Position numbers and translations under genes: made by a program. The notes under the pieces were generated by a model. It had not been told where the DNA came from. It made no database searches and saw only the letters and a list, made by a program, of their open reading frames with translations. This document shows, one piece after another, positions 58,879-64,000 of a stretch of 64,000 nucleotides of DNA. Within the stretch, counting starts at the first letter, position 1. Each line of letters begins with the position of its first letter. The stretch is taken from positions 87,975-151,974 of the forward strand of contig CAVVMN010000006.1 of the NCBI GenBank assembly GCA_963749305.1, given 5' to 3'. The DNA comes from an uncultured Acidimicrobiaceae bacterium (GTDB lineage Bacteria; Actinomycetota; Acidimicrobiia; Acidimicrobiales; Palsa-688).

Positions 58879-60099
58879 TCACACGGCAACCGGGTCCCAG
58901 CCGCGGAGGTGCTTGACGGACTCGCGGTACTCCCACTCGATAGCATCTTTGAGCAGGTGAGCCATACGCCCACCGGTGGTGGTGCCGGCGATGTCCGCCA
59001 CCCCACGGCGGTTCCCGACCGATACTACGAAACCCTTGTCGTGGAAGGTGAACGCCTTGAGCGGCTTGCCCCGCAGTTCAGCCTCCAGGTTTCGGGCCAC
59101 CGCCTCACCCTGTTCGATGGCCACCTGCGCCAGCGCAGGCAGGACATGCCCGGTCCGCGGGTCGACGACCGAAGCTAGGTCGCCGGCGACGTAGATGTCT
59201 GGATGGTCCAGCACGCGGAGGTACTGGTCGACTTTGACGCGGCCGTTGTAGCCGGTCGGCAACCCCGAACCGGCCACCAGTTCTGGTGCTTTCAGCCCGC
59301 CTGCCCACACGAACACGCTTCCCTCCACCAGCTGGCCGTCCTTCAGCTGGAAGCCGTCCTCGGTGGCGGCGGCGATGGCTGCGTTGGTGCGCACCTGGAC
59401 CCCAAGCTCGGACAGGATCTTGGCCGCCTTATCGATCAGCTGCGGGGAAGAGCCGGCCAGGATGGTTGGGCCGGCCTCGACAAGTACTACGGCCGGGCGG
59501 TCAGTTGCCAGGCCGAGGTGGCTGGCCACTTCGGGCATCATCTCAGCCAGTTCGCCGGCCAGCTCGACGCCGGTGGCCCCGGCCCCGCCAATGACGACGG
59601 TAGCCAGCCGGCGCTGCCGTTCAGGGTCGTCGGTGGCTGCCGCAGCCGCCAGGGCTTTCTTGACCGCCGCCCACACTTGCTCGGCGTCGTCTGCCGAATA
59701 CAGAGACATCGTCCGCTCGGCCAGGCCGGGGATGGCGAAGTCGTTGGGCCGGCTGCCTAGCGCCAGGACCAGCCGGCTCCAGCCGATCGGCCCCGCTGCC
59801 GTTAGCAACCGTTGCCCAGGGAGGTCGAAACCGCTGATCTCGGTCTGGACGAAGCGCACCCCCTTGGCCAGGACGTCCTGGAGCGGGATGAGGACCGAGT
59901 CCGCGGCGCGGGTGCCGCCCGCGACCCGGGGCAGCTCGGTGGTCGCCTGGTGATAGTCGTGCCGGTCCACGAGGGTAAGTCCTGGACTGGGCTTCTTATG
60001 CAACTTGGTCGAAAGCCGCAAGGCTACGTGCAGCCCGGCGTAGCCCACGCCGGCGATCACGATCTGACCGGTACTTGGCTGGTTCATGACGCTCTCCAT
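58879..60099 (-). CDS. ndh: type II NADH dehydrogenase / FAD-dependent pyridine nucleotide-disulfide oxidoreductase
   Basis: Two dinucleotide-binding motifs (IVIAGVGYAG; VVIGGAGATGVE). The length and C-terminus are typical of NDH-2. Confidence 0.8.
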   Translation of the reverse strand: MESVMNQPSTGQIVIAGVGYAGLHVALRLSTKLHKKPSPGLTLVDRHDYHQATTELPRVAGGTRAADSVLIPLQDVLAKGVRFVQTEISGFDLPGQRLLTAAGPIGWSRLVLALGSRPNDFAIPGLAERTMSLYSADDAEQVWAAVKKALAAAAATDDPERQRRLATVVIGGAGATGVELAGELAEMMPEVASHLGLATDRPAVVLVEAGPTILAGSSPQLIDKAAKILSELGVQVRTNAAIAAATEDGFQLKDGQLVEGSVFVWAGGLKAPELVAGSGLPTGYNGRVKVDQYLRVLDHPDIYVAGDLASVVDPRTGHVLPALAQVAIEQGEAVARNLEAELRGKPLKAFTFHDKGFVVSVGNRRGVADIAGTTTGGRMAHLLKDAIEWEYRESVKHLRGWDPVAV

Positions 60100-60221
60100 A
60101 TATCTATTGCCTCGTATCTATTGCCACGCATAATTCGAGATGAACGCGATGGCGGTTTATAGGCCCCTTGTAGCCCACGCGTTGGCGCGGTGTGTAGAAC
60201 CCGGCTTCGCCATGTGATCGT

Positions 60222-61094
60222 TCAGTCGGAGAGTGCTCGAGTGACTACGGTGACATCTTCCCCCCCGAGCCCACGGCCCACTATGGCCGCCCACTCGGCG
60301 GCCAAGGAGGCGAGCACGGGCAGCCGGTCCGGGCCCACTTCCGATAGAGCGAGTTGGACGTCCTTCAACGCCAGGGCGAGCGCGAACTCCTCGGAGTAGT
60401 CGCCCTGTGCGATACGGCGGAACTTGCCCGACTCCCATGCGGAAACCAGCGGGCCTCCGTCGAACGCCTCGATGACCGAAGCGGCCTCCAACCCGAGCCG
60501 GTGAGCGAGGGCGAACGAATTAGCCACTCCTTCGGCGGTAAAAGCGAGCAGGACGTTGTTCACCAGCTTCATGCGGGAACCAAGTCCGGCTGGGCCGAGC
60601 CACAATGTCCGTTGCCCGATGGCGTCGAACACGGGCGCCACTCGGGGCCGGGCGTCGTCTGGACCGGAGGCAAAGATCAAAAGCTTGCCCTGCTCGGCCG
60701 GTACTTTGCTACCCGACACCGGGGCGTCGACAAAGTACGTGTCCGGCCGCTGACGCTCCGCCATGGCCGCCACTTGCTCTGTCCCCTCAAGGCCTATGGT
60801 GCTCATCTGAGCCCACACGGCCCCTGGCCGCAGCGCGTCGAGGAGGCCCTGCTCGGTGGCTAACGCCCTTACGGCGTCGGCGTTAGTGACCATGGTGATC
60901 ACCACATCTGCGCCGGCAGCGGCTTCGGCCACCGACGGGGCGACCTGAACGCCTTGGGCCAGAAAATCGGCCGCCGCACCAGGTCTCCGGTCCCACACCA
61001 CGAGCGGGATGCCCGAGCGGTGCGCCGTGCCTGCCATCGCCGTTCCCATGGTGCCCAGGCCGAGTACGGCCAGCTTTGGTGGTTGTGATGTCAT
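60222..61094 (-). CDS. NAD(P)-dependent oxidoreductase (3-hydroxyisobutyrate / 6-phosphogluconate dehydrogenase-like)
   Basis: LAVLGLGTMGTAMA Rossmann motif, DAPVSGS, and a helical C-terminal domain. Confidence 0.8.
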   Translation of the reverse strand: MTSQPPKLAVLGLGTMGTAMAGTAHRSGIPLVVWDRRPGAAADFLAQGVQVAPSVAEAAAGADVVITMVTNADAVRALATEQGLLDALRPGAVWAQMSTIGLEGTEQVAAMAERQRPDTYFVDAPVSGSKVPAEQGKLLIFASGPDDARPRVAPVFDAIGQRTLWLGPAGLGSRMKLVNNVLLAFTAEGVANSFALAHRLGLEAASVIEAFDGGPLVSAWESGKFRRIAQGDYSEEFALALALKDVQLALSEVGPDRLPVLASLAAEWAAIVGRGLGGEDVTVVTRALSD

Positions 61095-61133
61095 GTCTCT
61101 ATCCTCCCCACTGGTACGGGGTACCTGACCCCT

Positions 61134-62461
61134 TTAGGCGAAAGCGCGACGAAGCGTTTGGCACAGGGCCTCGAGTGCTCCCCGCCAGGCATGCGCCGGC
61201 GGTTTGCTGTACCCGACGATGACGCCTTTGAGCTTGGGAGGCGTCTGCCAACTGGGCCCGAGCCTGGCAATTCTCAACGAGAGGCGGACCGCTTCTTCTC
61301 GCACGGATGTTTCGTCTGGCCCCTCGGGCGGGAGGGCAACGACCGCGTGCAGACCGGCCGCCACCCCGAGGACGTCGAGCCCGAGGTCGAGGTCCGCTAT
61401 GGCGGCCAATAGGTCGTCCCGACGGTGCCGGTAAAGCGTGCGACAACGGCGCAAATGACGCTCGAAGCTGCCGTCGTCAATGAGCTCCGCCAACGCTCTC
61501 TGGTCGAAAGAGGCCACGGTACGGCGCCAGCGCCGGGCGGTCGCGAACGCATCGACGAAGCGGGGTGGCACCACCGCCCAGGCAATTCGCAAGCCCGGGG
61601 CCAGTGATTTGCTGGCTGTGCCGATATAAAGGACGTCGTCGGGGCCCGGCCTTGCATGGCGCCGATGGGCTCGCGGTCGAAGCGGAACTCGCCGTCATAG
61701 TCATCTTCTATTATCAGGCCGCCACTTTTCCGTGCCCACACGATGAGAGCGTCGCGCCGCTCAGCTGAGCAACTCATGCCGAGAGGAAATTGGTGGGCCG
61801 GGGTGAGAAGTGCGGCGGCTACATCACCCGGCTCGGCCGAGGCGCCCTCGGCATCAACCGGCAGGGGGACTATGGACGCGCCCGCGGAGGTGACGAGTTC
61901 GCAGTGGTAAGACAGGCCGGGGTCCTCGATAGCCATCCTGCCCGGCGCAATTACCTTGGCGATGGTGGCCAGCGCGTCAGCGGAGCCACTACAAATGAAG
62001 ATCTGTTCTGGGCCCGCCGCCACCCCTCTAGCGCGTTCGAGGTACCTGGCCAGGGCGCGTCGCAGGTCGATGCTGCCTTCGTCAGCGTCGTAACTCAGAG
62101 CCTGCACGAGGCCTCTCGCCGCCACTTTGCGCAAGGCCCCGAGCCACCTGGACATCGGGAAGATGGAGACGTCCGGTTCCCCGGGGAACAAGTCGTACTT
62201 ATACGTCCTCGCCTGCCTGGGAACAGGCGGGCGAAGAGGGGCAGGTAGCCAAACCGAAGGCGCCACTGTGGTCGGCGCGCCTTGCCTCGTGCGTAGCCAG
62301 CCTTCCGCCGCCAGCTGTGCGTACGCTTCCACCACCGTCCCCCGGGCGACGCCAAGCTGGCTGGCGAGAGTTCTGGTCGACGGGACCGTGGCGCCAGGCG
62401 CCAGCCGGCCTTCGCGAATAGCTGCCCGGATAGTCGACTCGATAGAGCGTCTTCCTTCCAC
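61134..62461 (-). CDS. MocR/PdxR-type regulator (GntR HTH + aminotransferase-like domain), apparent frameshift(s)
   Basis: VPSTRTLASQLGVARGTVVEAYAQLAAEGWL HTH and a fold-type-I domain. ...GRAP/DDVLYIGTASKSLAPGLRIAWAVVPP joins near 61650. The N-terminus may extend to 62514 in another frame. Confidence 0.75.
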
Positions 62462-62644
62462 TGGTCCAGATTATTGCCCTTCGACTGGTCTAGCAAAGTA
62501 GTCCAGTTCGTCATGCTGGCCTTCTAGGTTTGGGCTATCGGCGCGGAGTAGTGCCAGGCCTCACTACCGCCCCCGGTGCCCCCCAGTCAGCATCGTCAAT
62601 TAAGGGCCATTCAACACAGGCCCCGGTCAACATTGCGAGGAGAA

Positions 62645-63436
62645 ATGGCGCTCAAATCGGATAGTTCTATTGGCAAATCTACCAACGACCTTCAGTCTGC
62701 CCCGGCGGCGGAGGCCATCAATCTGCGCAGGACATATGGCAGCGGGCAGGCGGCGGTCCACGCTCTCGACGGGGTCAACGTCACCTTCGAGCGGGGCTGG
62801 TTCACCGCGGTTATGGGCCCGTCAGGCTCAGGCAAGTCCACCCTTATGCACTGCATGGCCGGGCTGGACCGGCCGACCCTGGGCCAGTCGTTCATAGGGG
62901 GCCTGGATATCAGCACCCTGGACGACACCAAGTTGACGCAGTTACGACGGGACCGAATGGGGTTTGTGTTCCAGTCTTTCAACCTCGTCCCGACGCTCAC
63001 GGCGGCCGAGAACATCACGCTCCCGGCCGATCTCGCCGGCACCAAGGTCGACAAGGACTGGTTCGACTTCCTGGTCGGCAAGCTCGGCCTAACGGCCCGG
63101 CTGTCGCACCGCCCAGGCGAACTATCTGGCGGTCAACAGCAGCGCGTCGCCTGCGCCCGGGCGTTGATCAACAAGCCAGACATAGTCTTCGCCGACGAGC
63201 CAACGGGCAATCTCGACTCGAATTCTTCGGCTGAAGTGCTGGCCTTTTTTTGCTGGTCGGTGACGGAGCTCGCTCAGTCGATCGTCATGGTCACCCACGA
63301 CCCCCACGGGGCCGCCTACGCCGACAGGGTCGTTTTCCTGGCTGATGGCAAAGTGGTGGACCAGCTCGATGCACCCACTCCGGCTTCGGTCCTTCAGCGC
63401 ATGCAGGCGATCGGGGCTAAAGGGAGTTTGACGTGA
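62645..63436 (+). CDS. ABC transporter ATP-binding protein (MacB/LolD-like)
   Basis: Walker A GPSGSGKST, signature LSGGQQQR, Walker B IVFADEPTGNLD and H-loop VTHD. Confidence 0.9.
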   Translation: MALKSDSSIGKSTNDLQSAPAAEAINLRRTYGSGQAAVHALDGVNVTFERGWFTAVMGPSGSGKSTLMHCMAGLDRPTLGQSFIGGLDISTLDDTKLTQLRRDRMGFVFQSFNLVPTLTAAENITLPADLAGTKVDKDWFDFLVGKLGLTARLSHRPGELSGGQQQRVACARALINKPDIVFADEPTGNLDSNSSAEVLAFFCWSVTELAQSIVMVTHDPHGAAYADRVVFLADGKVVDQLDAPTPASVLQRMQAIGAKGSLT

Positions 63437-64000
63437 AAAACGTAACCATAAAGGGCCTCCTGGCTCACAAGCTCCGCCTGGCGCTCACATCACTGGCGAT
63501 CGTGCTCGGCGTCACCTTTATCGCCGGGACGTTCGTGCTCACCGACACGCTCCACAACACATTCTCCAGCCTGTTCGGCAATATTTACCAAAAGATCGAC
63601 TTCCAGGTCCGGGGAGTGGCCCAGTTCCAAGGTAACGCGGGCACCGCGGTGCGCAACCCGTTGCCCGAGTCCGTCGTCGGTACCGTGCGCCACGTCCCGG
63701 GCGTGGCGGTGGCCTTCGGTCAGGTCCAGGGATATGCCCAGTTCGTGGCCCCGGACGGGACCCCTATCCCGAACAACTCGGCCCCCACTTATGGCATCGC
63801 TTTCGACCCCGACCGTCAGATTTCCGAGCTCCGCCTCATCGAAGGAAAGCCGCCGACGACCTCGCACGATGTTGTAATGGACGCCGGCACGGCGGCGAAG
63901 TACCACTTCAGGCCGGGCCAAACCGTCCGCATCCTGTCGGCCGGGCCGCCGAAAACGTACACAATCACCGGCATCGCCCAGTTCGGCAACGCCCCCAACC
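63433..64000 (+). CDS. ABC transporter permease (FtsX/MacB-type), 5' partial at the window edge
   Basis: GTG overlaps the ATPase stop. VKNVTIKGLLAHKLRLALTSLAIVLGVTFIAGTFVLTDT, then a periplasmic domain. It runs off the window. Confidence 0.8.
   Translation, partial: MKNVTIKGLLAHKLRLALTSLAIVLGVTFIAGTFVLTDTLHNTFSSLFGNIYQKIDFQVRGVAQFQGNAGTAVRNPLPESVVGTVRHVPGVAVAFGQVQGYAQFVAPDGTPIPNNSAPTYGIAFDPDRQISELRLIEGKPPTTSHDVVMDAGTAAKYHFRPGQTVRILSAGPPKTYTITGIAQFGNAPN

Noticed and set aside
1-64000. Search for tRNA, rRNA, CRISPR arrays, IS elements, transposases and integrases
   Set aside because: I saw no cloverleaf-like sequence in the intergenic gaps, no regularly spaced direct repeats and no transposase- or integrase-like translation in any frame. 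This was a visual scan only, so small ncRNAs could have been missed.

Overview
High-GC, Actinomycetota-like chromosomal segment. The flanks (about 1-24.9 kb and 57.8-64 kb) carry ordinary genes: kup, NAD-formate dehydrogenase, MFS/ABC transporters, an OmpR/histidine-kinase pair, a P450, USPs, a MazF-like TA pair, an SDR, type-II NADH dehydrogenase and a MocR regulator. Several of these are decayed. The centre (about 24.9-57.8 kb) is an island built around a complete phage-tail-like contractile injection system (CIS/eCIS) on the minus strand. Its order is LuxR-like regulator, YkgJ Cys-cluster protein, DUF4255 terminator, AAA+ ATPase, DUF4157 zincin, a roughly 1200-aa cargo protein ending in a deaminase (HAE...PCxxC) domain, then a promoter gap, then sheath, tube, chaperone-like, DUF6760-like, a 1017-aa Pro-rich tape-measure-slot protein, second tube, LysM tube-initiator, VgrG-like spike, gp25, baseplate J and gpI-like. 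There are no tail-fibre, capsid, terminase or integrase genes. Unusual accessories are: (1) a detached PAAR gene sandwiched between two bitopic membrane proteins; (2) a STAND-ATPase/SARP hybrid regulator; (3) a divergent roughly 830-aa protein with a caspase/CHAT-like His-Cys dyad and an SH3b tail; (4) an N-terminal motif L-x-L-Q-x-x-V-G-N-x-A-V shared by three putative cargo proteins; (5) a TGCCC-N4-GGGCA palindrome found in both CIS promoter gaps. Many genes across the window are split by single-base frameshifts. Most of the sites I resolved by hand sit in G/C homopolymers, so I read these as assembly indels rather than true pseudogenes. No rRNA, tRNA, CRISPR array or IS element was recognised. 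All family calls come from reading motifs in the translations; no database search was run.
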